Shown here piece after piece: positions 1 through 10,564 of a stretch of DNA of 64,000 bases. Made by a program: the position numbers and the translations under genes. The notes under the pieces were generated by a model. It was not told the DNA's origin and searched no databases. It saw only the letters and a list, made by a program, of their open reading frames with translations. Numbering within the stretch: the stretch's first letter is position 1; every line of letters starts with the position of its first letter. Source of the stretch: a virus (taxonomy: Duplodnaviria > Caudoviricetes); IMG/VR virus record IMGVR_UViG_3300010163_000002, positions 160,001-224,000 of that record; one strand, given 5' to 3'.

Positions 1-3000
1 TTATTCGATAATATGTATTCTGAAGATAACCTAACAATAGAGATACCTAATATTAAGGTAGGCCATAAATTTAGATTTATGGATGTGGTTTGCTATTTAT
101 TCTCATTGATGTATTTGTATAATGGTATTGAAGATAATATCATGTATTCTCCAACACAAATACTTTACGTTAAAGGATATAATTTTAATAGTGATTTTGA
201 TGAGGTTCTTGAGGATGAGAACGCATTTCAGCAAAATCATCCAATAAGCAATGAGCCTTTACAGGATTATGAAAAATATAATATCTTTGATGTAAATAAA
301 CAAATTGAAGAAAATAATTATGATTATAGAGAAGCGTTTAAAGATTTCAATATGAGAGCGTTTAATCTTGAATGTGATGTTGATGCTCTTGAGAAATGGC
401 TAAATGTTAATCATCAAATGTCGTTAGATGATTTCATTGTAGATGATAGTTTGACTGATTATGATCAAGTAATTACACTAAAGAACTTCTTCTCATTACA
501 TAATACATACTATCAGAAAAGCATATTTAACGGTACTAGTTTATATCCTATAGGATATAATCAGGATATTAAATATGCATTTAAATATCTTTTATATGAT
601 AAAAATATCATTATGGATATAAATGATAATGAGCATACATATGTGGTTGAAGATGAATCATATATGGAAGTCATATCCACTACAGATAAAGAAATATATA
701 TTATGGATTATGAATCATATATTATGATTGATCCTACATCATATGCTGTGTTCTACAAATGGATCAAGCAACCAGATGGTTCATTTATAAAAGAAAGTAA
801 TATTGTGTATATTAAAAATCCATCTATATCAGATGAATATAAGCAATTATTTATTGGAGAAATTGGAATTATAAATCAATTTGGAAAGTATATATTTGCT
901 GCAGATTCTTATTATACGTTAGATGAAAATGATAATTATATTGAAGTTACAGATCCAAAATACTTTAGAGTAGATCCAAATGATAATACTAAAAAAGTAT
1001 TAAATTTTGGCCAATATTTCGTATATAAAGAAGGTCAATGGATTCTTGATCCTAATAATTGTTACGTTAAGGTTGAGAAGAATGGGAAATTCTTTTATGT
1101 GTTAGCATCAGAAACTGATAAATATCAGAATATAATAATATCTGAAGATGATTGCTATGTTATGCATAGCGATGGTCATTTTATACCACTTGTGGATAGT
1201 GATTATTATACCGATCATGATGGTGACGGTAATTATGAATACAATGAAGAAGTGTGCTACATAATAACAGATAAGGTTACAGAATACTATGATCCTAGCG
1301 TTACACCTAGGGTATATTATCAAAAACTTACTGATTATTATAATGAGAATAACTATATTATCTATGAGGACCAGTACTACGTTAAAGACAGTGAGGGTAA
1401 CTATATACCGCAAACTGAATTGTTAGATCCTAATAATTGTTATTTTGATAAGGGCGGAGGAAGGTATTTCTTAGTAATTGATTATCTTGCTAGATATGTA
1501 GATTATAGAGATCCGTTAAATCTTACGCATATACTTATCTTACAGCCAAATAATGACTATCTAAAATATAAGCTTATTAATAATATCTACACACCAACAA
1601 CAGATAGCGTTAGAAGATATATTATTAATTCTGATAACGAATCTATTGTAGTGCTACTTGAAGGATATAGCTACAATGATACTAAGACATTTATCGTTGT
1701 ATTCAATAAATATCTTGATTCATATGATGATGGATTAGATCATCCAGATAAATATGATCCAGAATTAACAGACGGTATATGGGATGAAAATGATTGGTAC
1801 TATCGTGAAGGTTATGAAGGAGAACACGCATGGTACTATAAAGAGCCAGGAAGTAATCCTACTCCTGAAGTAGTAGAAAAAGATCCTGTTGGGTCTGGAT
1901 ATTATCTTGAATCTACATCTTATATTGGAGATGTAGAGCTTGAAGAAGGCAAAAAATATTATATAGCGTTTGATTTCGAAACTAATTTTACTGGAAGAAT
2001 TCAAATTGCTTGTGATGCAGATAATACAGTTGTAGATTCTCAGCAAAGAATATATGAAGTATCCAAAGGAGAAAGGATTCATATAGCTCAAACATTTGTA
2101 GCAAATACCAATAAAAAGCCTGCTCTTAAGTTTCTTATTTATGATTATCCGGTTAACCCAATTGAAATTGGAGATTTCTGTATAGTAAGTAATATGAGAT
2201 TTGTTAGAGCGCATAACGAGCATTTCATTGAACAAGATATTCCATCCTATGATAGGCTTCAGGAATTATACAGAGTTAATGAAATGATATATAAATATCT
2301 TACTAATCTTATGGTGAATTGTGATAATATTCACACATATGATATTTATAAAAAGATCTACGATTCATTCATGATTTCAAAATATAACAAAGAAGCATTT
2401 AAGATTGGTGAAAACAAATACGCTAAAACATATACTGATTTCTTGGAAACAAGAGATGCTGTATTGTATGAAAGATTATGCTATTTCAAATCACTAGATC
2501 CAGATGCTATGCACAAACAGATAGCTGATAACATCATTGAAGTTACATATGCTATAGATGATTGTATAGATACATATTCGTATGGTTATTTATATTCATA
2601 CTTTCCTGCGGTATCAGCATCATACATCCAGCAATATATTATTAAAATAATAAATTTCTTTAAATCATGGAAAGTGCATTTATTAGGAATCAATACGGTT
2701 TATAAGTTTGACGATCCATGGGAAAATACAGTAAAGATCCGCGAATGCCAACAGCTTGGCAATAGATACGATCATATCAAATCTAACGTTTTCATTTATG
2801 GAACTGTAAAAATTAACCCATTGGATTCTACAGACGCTTCTGGCAATAGATATGATGAACTATTTCCTGATATTGCTAATCCTATCCATAGATTTAGAGA
2901 AGAATATATCATTCGAAATAGGGTGAGACTAATGTCTACCACGGCAAATAAACTTGATCATATATATGATACAGATGAAGGATTAAATCTTATTCTTAAT

Positions 3001-3201
3001 GATGAAACTGTTAAGGTTAAAATTGATGATAACACAGCTACCATCACAAGTTCTAAAGCAGGATTTACTGTTGAGAATGAGAACCAGTTGTTTATGGAAT
3101 CTGATGAATCTGAGCATGATGTATTTAGCATTCAGACTATAGATGAAATTAATAAAGATTCTACCGATATAATTGAATGGAGGGATTTAGAAAATGAATA
3201 A
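1..3201 (+). CDS. large jumbo-phage virion structural protein, baseplate-wedge-like (5'-partial)
   Basis: Frame is open from position 1. Tyr/Asp-rich beta-type middle region; C-terminal YIIKIINFFKSWKVHL block resembles AR9/phiKZ-type baseplate proteins; coupled to the next structural gene. Confidence 0.6.
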   Translation, partial: LFDNMYSEDNLTIEIPNIKVGHKFRFMDVVCYLFSLMYLYNGIEDNIMYSPTQILYVKGYNFNSDFDEVLEDENAFQQNHPISNEPLQDYEKYNIFDVNKQIEENNYDYREAFKDFNMRAFNLECDVDALEKWLNVNHQMSLDDFIVDDSLTDYDQVITLKNFFSLHNTYYQKSIFNGTSLYPIGYNQDIKYAFKYLLYDKNIIMDINDNEHTYVVEDESYMEVISTTDKEIYIMDYESYIMIDPTSYAVFYKWIKQPDGSFIKESNIVYIKNPSISDEYKQLFIGEIGIINQFGKYIFAADSYYTLDENDNYIEVTDPKYFRVDPNDNTKKVLNFGQYFVYKEGQWILDPNNCYVKVEKNGKFFYVLASETDKYQNIIISEDDCYVMHSDGHFIPLVDSDYYTDHDGDGNYEYNEEVCYIITDKVTEYYDPSVTPRVYYQKLTDYYNENNYIIYEDQYYVKDSEGNYIPQTELLDPNNCYFDKGGGRYFLVIDYLARYVDYRDPLNLTHILILQPNNDYLKYKLINNIYTPTTDSVRRYIINSDNESIVVLLEGYSYNDTKTFIVVFNKYLDSYDDGLDHPDKYDPELTDGIWDENDWYYREGYEGEHAWYYKEPGSNPTPEVVEKDPVGSGYYLESTSYIGDVELEEGKKYYIAFDFETNFTGRIQIACDADNTVVDSQQRIYEVSKGERIHIAQTFVANTNKKPALKFLIYDYPVNPIEIGDFCIVSNMRFVRAHNEHFIEQDIPSYDRLQELYRVNEMIYKYLTNLMVNCDNIHTYDIYKKIYDSFMISKYNKEAFKIGENKYAKTYTDFLETRDAVLYERLCYFKSLDPDAMHKQIADNIIEVTYAIDDCIDTYSYGYLYSYFPAVSASYIQQYIIKIINFFKSWKVHLLGINTVYKFDDPWENTVKIRECQQLGNRYDHIKSNVFIYGTVKINPLDSTDASGNRYDELFPDIANPIHRFREEYIIRNRVRLMSTTANKLDHIYDTDEGLNLILNDETVKVKIDDNTATITSSKAGFTVENENQLFMESDESEHDVFSIQTIDEINKDSTDIIEWRDLENE

Positions 3202-4153
3202 ATTATTATATATGCGAGATGCTGTACGTAATACGGAGGAATATGAAATTAATAAAGATCAGTGGTCAATAGAGAATGGCGCCAGAGTAAATTCAAAAAT
3301 TATTATCAAAAACGAATTTACCGGAGAAGTGATCTGGGAAGGTCATAATAAGACTGTAATTGCAGGATCTGCGTTGGTTGCAATGAAGCTGTTTAATCTT
3401 GACAGGAATTGTCTTGATGCTACACCGACATATGATACTGCATTGAATCTTGAAAATGGGGCTAATGGTTCCACATATCCAACTGTTGTTATTACAGACA
3501 GCAATGGTAATGTGGTTGGTAGCATGCATGATGAAACACAAAGAACTATTATTGGATTTTGTGTTGGGCAGGGTGGCGCAGGATTGGATATCTCAGATGT
3601 ATTTGATGTGGAGTACTGTAGTTGGATTACTCCTGATAATCTTGTACCATTAAGATATCCTTTGCAGAATGCTGATGATGTAGACGAGACAATGTATAAA
3701 GGCCGCAAAGGCCTTACATTGGCAGATGGGACAAAGCGCAACGCATATTACTTCAAGGCATTCTCCAATACTCCAAATTTAGTACAGAATTATCTTAGTA
3801 CTATTGGTACTTTTTCTGATTCTGTATCTGCAGCCAATGTATATAATAAGAATACAAGTGCGGATAAGGCGCAGTCATATGTGGAATTACATTTAAAAAT
3901 CACTCCTAATGATTGTAGAGAATTCTTTATTGCTCATAAAGGAATTGAGAACGCTAAAATTAATCAAATTTCCCTTGTTTCAGCATGGACAAAAACTGTT
4001 GAAGTTACAAAGCTTGATATGGCTGGTAATATGAAAACTGGTTCTTATGAATATTTCCAGGATATTAGACCATTCAGTATTGTTAATATTCCTAACGAAA
4101 TCTTATCTAATTTGGAGAAGAGTATTAGTATTGTATATACTTTATACTTCTGA
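3194..4153 (+). CDS. conserved virion structural protein (baseplate/tail-fibre attachment-like)
   Basis: 319 aa, overlaps the upstream stop, RBS GGAGGG. HNKTVIAG, YYFKAF and YVELHLKI blocks plus a terminal IVYTLYF resemble tail-collar/baseplate proteins. Confidence 0.55.
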   Translation: MNKLLYMRDAVRNTEEYEINKDQWSIENGARVNSKIIIKNEFTGEVIWEGHNKTVIAGSALVAMKLFNLDRNCLDATPTYDTALNLENGANGSTYPTVVITDSNGNVVGSMHDETQRTIIGFCVGQGGAGLDISDVFDVEYCSWITPDNLVPLRYPLQNADDVDETMYKGRKGLTLADGTKRNAYYFKAFSNTPNLVQNYLSTIGTFSDSVSAANVYNKNTSADKAQSYVELHLKITPNDCREFFIAHKGIENAKINQISLVSAWTKTVEVTKLDMAGNMKTGSYEYFQDIRPFSIVNIPNEILSNLEKSISIVYTLYF

Positions 4154-4260
4154 TCTTATATAATACATAAGATAAAGATTAATTATAAACCAAATAAACA
4201 ATTAAAATATTGCTTTAGTGCAAGTATAGTGGTAATAATATAAACTGATTAATATAGAAT

Positions 4261-4285
4261 GATACTGGGATTATTTCCCAGTATC
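4261..4285. terminator. intergenic hairpin (intrinsic terminator-like)
   Basis: GATACTGGGA-ttatt-TCCCAGTATC followed by GTTTTATTT. Confidence 0.7.
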
Positions 4286-4341
4286 GTTTTATTTATAAAA
4301 ATACAATATTATAAAATCAAATATAAAGGGAGGTAAACGCC

Positions 4342-5151
4342 ATGCTTAAATTAGCTCATGATTATACTAATATATTACGTAAAATGTCGAATATTTGTTT
4401 TTGCGATAAATTTAAATGGTTAAATTACACGTGGTGTTTTTGTAATGCCTGCGAAGATGAAGGTCTTAAACTTTTGAAATATCACGAATTTGTTTCTATT
4501 GATAATAATGGCAGTGGAGAAGTTGTTGGTTATATACGTTATTACTTAATGCCAGATTCAGGATATTGTGCAGGATTTACAGCTATAAATTTTACATCAT
4601 GTGATGATAATGAAATATTTTTACATGATGTAAGAACAGCATTTAATAATATTTTTCATGTGTTTGGCTATGACGGTGTGACATTCACTGTGGTAGTCGG
4701 TGATCCGATGGAAAAAGAGTATGATCGTTTAGTTAAAGAAATGGGCGGTAGTATTTTTGGTGTGTTTGAAAAATATCAGCAACTATCGGATAGAAAATTA
4801 TACGACGTGAAAGTATATAAAATATATAACAATAAAGAAGTTCAGAATAGTGGACCAATTAAGATTGAAATGCAAATAACTGAAGAAGGTTTAAAGTATG
4901 AATTACCAGAAGATGCTAAAGACATATCTAAAACTAATCAGAATAATCCACCAAAGCAACGTGGTAGAAAAAATATTGATACCGGAAAGATTATAGCGCT
5001 GCATAATGCGGGATGGAGTAATGTTAAAATTGCTGATGAAATGGGACTGAGCCCTATTACTATAGGAAAATATGTTAAAACATTATGCGGCGGCGTAAGA
5101 AAACCGAAGAATAATGCACCGACCGGGTATTATAGTGATGGAAGATATTAA
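4342..5151 (+). CDS. GNAT/RimL-like domain fused to a C-terminal helix-turn-helix
   Basis: N-terminal FVSID..GEVVGYIRY..VTFTVVVGDPMEKEYDRLV..MGG..G pattern is acetyltransferase-fold-like. C-terminal IDTGKIIALHNAGWSNVKIADEMGLSPITIGKYV is an HTH. RBS GGGAGGT. Confidence 0.5.
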   Translation: MLKLAHDYTNILRKMSNICFCDKFKWLNYTWCFCNACEDEGLKLLKYHEFVSIDNNGSGEVVGYIRYYLMPDSGYCAGFTAINFTSCDDNEIFLHDVRTAFNNIFHVFGYDGVTFTVVVGDPMEKEYDRLVKEMGGSIFGVFEKYQQLSDRKLYDVKVYKIYNNKEVQNSGPIKIEMQITEEGLKYELPEDAKDISKTNQNNPPKQRGRKNIDTGKIIALHNAGWSNVKIADEMGLSPITIGKYVKTLCGGVRKPKNNAPTGYYSDGRY

Positions 5152-5157
5152 AAAATA

Positions 5158-5183
5158 ACCCCTAGGGAGTTATCCCTAGGGGT
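5158..5183. terminator. bidirectional hairpin between convergent genes
   Basis: ACCCCTAGGGA-gtta-TCCCTAGGGGT between stops at 5151 (+) and 5189 (-). Confidence 0.8.
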
Positions 5184-5188
5184 ATATT

Positions 5189-5635
5189 CTATGCCGAATA
5201 ATAAGCTTTAAATGTATCGTTATCAATTAGTGGAACATCAAATTTTGTTACATAGCAACCATCTTTTTTTGTAAAGCATGGCGTTACATCCTGCCCAGTC
5301 TTTTCTTGTACAATTCTATACAAATTACATCCAGATGGAATTTTAATCGATACTTCTTTTGTCCCTATAGGACAATACTTATAAGCAGTTTTTAGTTTAT
5401 CAAGATGCAAAATATCAGACACATCCATAGTTCTGATCATTTGCATTAATACGCCATCTTTCAATTTAGTGTTTGCAGGAATTATAACTTGTTTATCACC
5501 TGCATTTGCAGAATCATCGTAATCCTGATTAATAAAGTCAATACCTATAGATAGTCTTGATACAAAATCAAATACAGTTTCACGTTCTGTAATCAGATCT
5601 AGTATATGATTGAAAGGTTCCATATTACTTGGCAT
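5189..5635 (-). CDS. hypothetical protein (late operon)
   Basis: 148-aa ORF, RBS GGGGGTG, co-oriented with the 5650-7086 gene. Confidence 0.6.
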   Translation of the reverse strand: MPSNMEPFNHILDLITERETVFDFVSRLSIGIDFINQDYDDSANAGDKQVIIPANTKLKDGVLMQMIRTMDVSDILHLDKLKTAYKYCPIGTKEVSIKIPSGCNLYRIVQEKTGQDVTPCFTKKDGCYVTKFDVPLIDNDTFKAYYSA

Positions 5636-5649
5636 ATATTCACCCCCTG

Positions 5650-7086
5650 CTAAATACCAAGAGATTCAAATATTATACGTTCTCCATCTTCTGTACGAAC
5701 GTATAATGTAATTGTCTCTGATATATAATTAATAGAATAATCAAGGTCTTGGAATAATCTTACGCCATTACGATATACATGTATAAGATCTCCATTTGTA
5801 TATGATAATCCTTTATAAGAAATATTATATTCTTGATCTACACAATCATGAATCAATCTTGAAGTCCTAATTTCCTGAGTATAACCATCTAATAAAATGG
5901 CTTTATCGCCTTCGATTTTTATTGTTATTACTTGATTCTTTTTGTATCTTCTCTGAGGTAATTTTCCATCCACCATAAGCACTTGGTATTCTGGAGCAGA
6001 TCCAGATATATTTTCAATAGAAAGTTTAGCTGTAGCTAATTTATCGCTTGCTAAAGTAATAATAAGAGTATCTCCTATTGTTATATTAGTATTTGGTATG
6101 ACTTTAATACTTTTTTCATTGTCTTTTTCCACATCGGCGCAATGAAATACATGATTATCTGTAGTACTGTTAATGGCATTTGTTAATGTTACAAATAGAT
6201 CATGAAGCGCTTTAGATGTAGCAAGGCTTGTATCATCGTTATAGGCATAAGAATTAGAAACCTTCTCAAGTTTACATGTTGGTACTGAACCATCTGCCAA
6301 TGTGTTACCAGACATAAATTTTACTTTACTATCCTTACTATAAGCAGAGTTATATAACCACAATATATCAATGCGTCTGCCCTTTTCAATAGATTCATTA
6401 AGAAATGTTATTGTACCAGATTTATAATGCTTTTCTCTATCATAGTGCTTTTCTACTTTATAACGACTCTTATCAATGAATGTAGTACCAATGCGTACTT
6501 CCATAAAATCCGGATAGTCTTCAAATGGATAATCAAATTCATACGATGTCTGATTCTGCTGAGTCGTATACAAATAAGACATGGAAAATCCTAACCTCGT
6601 CATATCATCAAGACGTTCCTGGATGGTTCTGCCGTCTTTATCGTATACATTATCTGCAAGAGTTACTGGAAGTAGAATTGTACCATCGGTTGTTCTTAAT
6701 AATACAGATTTAGCTGCAGGGCTAAATACTTTTTCCATATCCTCTTCAGGAACAAATCCTGATGAATCTTCAGGATAAGCAAATCTTTTGAAAATAAAAT
6801 TGATAATATCTTCGAGAGATTTTGGGTCTTCCTCCCCTTCAATATTAATTACGAATTTATTGGCATTGATATCTGCATTAGGCAGCATATCTTTTATGAT
6901 CATTGCAGTTAGGTCTATATATTTAGTATCATCAGAATGATGAACTATATACATATGATAACTTCTACCCTCGCCGTAATCAATCATAAATTCATTACAC
7001 TGAGCTTGCTGCTTATTTTTATATGGTAACGGTTTTATTGGTATTCTACCATGTTCAAACTGATCATCTAATGATGGCATACACAT
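5650..7086 (-). CDS. virion structural / tail-fibre-associated protein
   Basis: 478 aa with two Ig-like repeats (…FMEVRIGTTFIDKSRYKV…, …VYRNGVRLFQDLDYSI…) and an SLATSKAL fibre motif; late-promoter motif upstream. Confidence 0.5.
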   Translation of the reverse strand: MCMPSLDDQFEHGRIPIKPLPYKNKQQAQCNEFMIDYGEGRSYHMYIVHHSDDTKYIDLTAMIIKDMLPNADINANKFVINIEGEEDPKSLEDIINFIFKRFAYPEDSSGFVPEEDMEKVFSPAAKSVLLRTTDGTILLPVTLADNVYDKDGRTIQERLDDMTRLGFSMSYLYTTQQNQTSYEFDYPFEDYPDFMEVRIGTTFIDKSRYKVEKHYDREKHYKSGTITFLNESIEKGRRIDILWLYNSAYSKDSKVKFMSGNTLADGSVPTCKLEKVSNSYAYNDDTSLATSKALHDLFVTLTNAINSTTDNHVFHCADVEKDNEKSIKVIPNTNITIGDTLIITLASDKLATAKLSIENISGSAPEYQVLMVDGKLPQRRYKKNQVITIKIEGDKAILLDGYTQEIRTSRLIHDCVDQEYNISYKGLSYTNGDLIHVYRNGVRLFQDLDYSINYISETITLYVRTEDGERIIFESLGI

Positions 7087-7107
7087 ATCCTCCTTTTACG
7101 TTGATAT

Positions 7108-7148
7108 TATCAAAATGTTGGGCCATAACACTTTTTGACATATTTGTA
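7108..7148. promoter_or_regulatory. divergent pair of putative phage late promoters
   Basis: AACA-ttttga-TAA on the minus strand (7108-7119) and GACA-tatttg-TAA on the plus strand (7137-7148). Confidence 0.65.
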
Positions 7149-7174
7149 AACACTGAATGGGGAGGTGAGCGGTT

Positions 7175-7630
7175 ATGTTTTTTAAACGTTTTAGAAAAAA
7201 TAGAGCCAATAAATATAATAAAGAATTAGACGAACTTAATAAAAAACAAGAAGAATTTGATTTGAAAATCAAAAAAGAAAAACAGAAAAGTTCGTTTAAA
7301 TCCATAATAAATAAACTAAAATTTGAAAATTATGTTAAAACTCTTGTAGCTGTAGTAATATTCGTAAGTTTAGTAGATCTGCAATTATCTTATATATTAG
7401 CATTTCTTGGTAGAGAAAATATTGCTGAGAAGCTATCTATTCAAATATGCACCACAATTCTTGGAACTGTACTTATATATATTATAAGATCTTATTTTGA
7501 TGATAAGAATAACCCAACTAAAATAGATACCGATGGAATAAAAGATAAAGCTAAAGAAATATTAGAAGATACTGGGTTATCCGATTTTATTAATAAAGAA
7601 CGAGAGCCGGAAAATCCAGATGATGTATAA
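7175..7630 (+). CDS. two-TM membrane protein (lysis-cassette-associated)
   Basis: Basic N-terminus, two hydrophobic helices, RBS GGAGGTG, directly upstream of a holin. Confidence 0.55.
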   Translation: MFFKRFRKNRANKYNKELDELNKKQEEFDLKIKKEKQKSSFKSIINKLKFENYVKTLVAVVIFVSLVDLQLSYILAFLGRENIAEKLSIQICTTILGTVLIYIIRSYFDDKNNPTKIDTDGIKDKAKEILEDTGLSDFINKEREPENPDDV

Positions 7631-7686
7631 ATAAATACACCTAACAGTTAGGTAAATAAATCAACCCAAAGGAGGATAATAAAATT

Positions 7687-8121
7687 ATGGAAAATGTAAA
7701 TTCTGATCTTTTAATGATGATCGTGGGAGTTATTATTGCAGCGGCTGCCGCAGTAGTAGGGCGATATGTAATCCCCAAGATTCCTAAAGACAAAGTTACA
7801 GAAGCAACTAATACTGTAAACATGGTTCTCGAATATGCTAGCAGCTTTTGCGCTTATGCTAAGCAGTTCATGCAGACTTCTACCGGTGAGGAGAAGATGG
7901 AATACGTTGTAGAGATGGTTACCGATGTCTGTGTCGCAAATGGAATTGACATCGATGAGAAACAATTGAGAGCTATTTGTCAGAGGGCCTATAATATTAT
8001 GAAAGCTGAATTGGCCAAAACAGAAACGCCGGTAGTTGGACTGCTTGATATTGCAGAACCTATTAAAGAATTTCCGCCGGTAGAAACTCAGACAGAGCCT
8101 GATACCAATGAACACGAATAA
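7687..8121 (+). CDS. LL-H-family phage holin
   Basis: One N-terminal TM helix followed by GEEKMEYV..IDIDEKQLRAICQRAYNIMK, typical of LL-H holins; promoter motif AACA-gttagg-TAA at 7643-7654. Confidence 0.65.
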   Translation: MENVNSDLLMMIVGVIIAAAAAVVGRYVIPKIPKDKVTEATNTVNMVLEYASSFCAYAKQFMQTSTGEEKMEYVVEMVTDVCVANGIDIDEKQLRAICQRAYNIMKAELAKTETPVVGLLDIAEPIKEFPPVETQTEPDTNEHE

Positions 8122-8128
8122 ATAAATT

Positions 8129-8158
8129 ATACGGATAGGGTTAACTCCCTATCCGTAT
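8129..8158. terminator. intergenic hairpin
   Basis: ATACGGATAGGG-ttaact-CCCTATCCGTAT. Confidence 0.75.
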
Positions 8159-8212
8159 GAATTGTCGCCGAAAACATTTTGATAATAAACCAATATAAAG
8201 GAGGATCAATCT

Positions 8213-8929
8213 ATGAATTCTTTAAATACTCCTATGTCGTATCATAGGCTTAATAGACAGCCGTTAGATGATTCTGAAGTGTTTTCCTCACTTAAAGATT
8301 TGATGGATTATTGCGATAACATGGCAAGATATGATGGTCAAAGAGTTGTAGTTACAGCTAATAATTCCCATAATCTTCCGGCTATAGAATATGTTATAAA
8401 AAATAATATTCCCATCATATCTAATATGATGGGTTCAGAATTGATTTTTAGAGAAGATATTAATTTTTTTGGAGATTCTTCTGCCAATTCTGCAGGTTTG
8501 CTTATATATGAGAATAATGATAATGGATCGTGGAAACCTAATAGTACATACATTATGGAAGAAGGTCATTTGTGTCTTATCAGTCAGGCAGAAATATTTA
8601 GATCAAAAACAAAAAGTTATAAATTTTACCTTGAAAGAATCAAAAGGAATGGATTCTTAAATCCTGGAGAAACTACAAAATATTATTGTTCATGGGAACA
8701 GAATTTTAACCCATTTACAGCAACAGGTACATATCCTAAAGTGGGAACTTTATTGAATAATGGAATACATAGCCTATTTGTTATTCAAGGTAATGACTAT
8801 CTCGACGTAGATACTACAGGATTACGTTTGATGCCTCATACTGATTCTGAGTTAGAGTCGGAAAAAAATTGGATTACCAGAATATATATCAAAGCAGATG
8901 ATTACTATAAGGCATATAAAGGTAGATAA
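8213..8929 (+). CDS. putative tail-fibre-associated structural protein
   Basis: N-terminal RLNRQPLDDSEVF..YDGQRVVV motif seen in phage fibre proteins; promoter motif AACA-ttttga-TAA at 8173-8184. Confidence 0.45.
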   Translation: MNSLNTPMSYHRLNRQPLDDSEVFSSLKDLMDYCDNMARYDGQRVVVTANNSHNLPAIEYVIKNNIPIISNMMGSELIFREDINFFGDSSANSAGLLIYENNDNGSWKPNSTYIMEEGHLCLISQAEIFRSKTKSYKFYLERIKRNGFLNPGETTKYYCSWEQNFNPFTATGTYPKVGTLLNNGIHSLFVIQGNDYLDVDTTGLRLMPHTDSELESEKNWITRIYIKADDYYKAYKGR

Positions 8930-8944
8930 TTATTAAGGAGGTGA

Positions 8945-9487
8945 ATGGTAATGGCTAAAACAACATATCTTGGGCCATATAGATTAAGACCGAGAGGTAA
9001 ATATGATGATACGGCTTCATATAGATTTCTTGATGTGGTATCATACGATGGTGGTTCATACATGTGTAGAAATTTAGATACCATAGACAGCACATCTTGC
9101 ATTGGGGTTGCTCCTAAAGGAGAGTCTAATTCAGAAGCATATTGGCAGTGCTTAGCAGAACGTGGAGAGCCAGGGCTAATCAGAGTAGAGTATCTGCCAA
9201 TTACTGAGCTTAAGGGTAATGTATGGGATTTTGATGTAACTGATAAAATATATGTTCCTGAGTATTTTACTCAGAAACTTGAGATTGTTAATGTTGAAGA
9301 GGGAGAATGCGGAGTTATTATTACAAGAAATAGAAGCCTTCAATTGCCAGACAATAGCAACTATTCAGTAGACTTCAATTATATTACTGCAAATTTGGCA
9401 ACGCAATATTATGTATATACTTTCATATATGCAAAAGTTGGTGGTTACGATACGTTCTTATGGAACAGGACGGTGATGCAGGGATGA
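8945..9487 (+). CDS. tail-fibre protein with N-terminal carbohydrate-binding-like motif
   Basis: LGPYRLRPRGKYD…YRFLDVVSYDGGSYMC…YWQCLAERGEPG; RBS AGGAGGTG. Confidence 0.5.
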   Translation: MVMAKTTYLGPYRLRPRGKYDDTASYRFLDVVSYDGGSYMCRNLDTIDSTSCIGVAPKGESNSEAYWQCLAERGEPGLIRVEYLPITELKGNVWDFDVTDKIYVPEYFTQKLEIVNVEEGECGVIITRNRSLQLPDNSNYSVDFNYITANLATQYYVYTFIYAKVGGYDTFLWNRTVMQG

Positions 9488-10551
9488 TCATTTTAGATGA
9501 AAAGAAACCCATACCAATGAATCATATAATTCATTCTGTAAATCATATTCAATATGATAGAGGGTGTATTATAAGTAAATCTCACACATACGAAATCAAA
9601 AAACTTGAGTATGAACTCGGCAAAGTACAATATAACGTCAGAGCAGGTTTATATAGGATAGATATAGACGGCGTAGAATATATCATTGACGTTTTCTATA
9701 ACTTAACTGACGCTGATCATTTCATCATATATGATAAGTATAATATATTTATGGTTCGTGGAGATATTTATTATCCTGTAATACCATATAAAGTATTATC
9801 AACACAAAATAATCTTAAGCAATACAATATAACCAATAGTCTTAACGATAACGTAAGTATGATAATGATTGTTGGTAAAACAACTACATTGTTAGAACCA
9901 GCGTTAGACCACCCATGCCAAATTATAAGATTATCAAATTTTGATTTTTCTTCTAGTGGTACTGGAGTATCAACGCTGGAATTCGGATTTAAATATGGTC
10001 TTGGATGTATGCCTAATGGAGCTAAAGATTTATTTGTTCTTAATGCAGAACAATTAGAATGCCATGTTGTAATGAATACAAATAAAGAAATCTTATCAGG
10101 TGGATTAAATTGGCAGTTGCAAGAAGAATATGTTACTGACGATCATTACGTATTTTTTGCAAAATACGATAATATCGCAGATAATATTTATGGCACATCG
10201 TTAAGATGTACACATTTACCGACAATGGGGCTTGAAACTCTTCTTGATAAAAATACAAAAATAAATTGCATTTCAACCTCTGGACCAAGGCATGAGCATG
10301 GGTTATGGATTAAGCTTGCTAAATCTGTATTAAATATTCATGGAGATAAAAATATAAGCAATGAATTTTGTATGTGGGTTGCTAAAATGGCCTCTTCAAA
10401 TAATCCAATATATATTGAATATGAAATTAATGGAACAAAATATATTAATTTTACCATAGATGAGTATCATCTTAAAACATTTTATCCAAAAACATTCATA
10501 AAATCAAATAATGGATGCGAATTTTCTGTATTTTATAAAGGTCTATTTTAG
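9484..10551 (+). CDS. hypothetical structural protein
   Basis: ATGA overlap with the upstream stop favours a start at 9484; lies in a late operon. Confidence 0.5.
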   Translation: MIILDEKKPIPMNHIIHSVNHIQYDRGCIISKSHTYEIKKLEYELGKVQYNVRAGLYRIDIDGVEYIIDVFYNLTDADHFIIYDKYNIFMVRGDIYYPVIPYKVLSTQNNLKQYNITNSLNDNVSMIMIVGKTTTLLEPALDHPCQIIRLSNFDFSSSGTGVSTLEFGFKYGLGCMPNGAKDLFVLNAEQLECHVVMNTNKEILSGGLNWQLQEEYVTDDHYVFFAKYDNIADNIYGTSLRCTHLPTMGLETLLDKNTKINCISTSGPRHEHGLWIKLAKSVLNIHGDKNISNEFCMWVAKMASSNNPIYIEYEINGTKYINFTIDEYHLKTFYPKTFIKSNNGCEFSVFYKGLF

Positions 10552-10564
10552 GAGGTGAGATATA

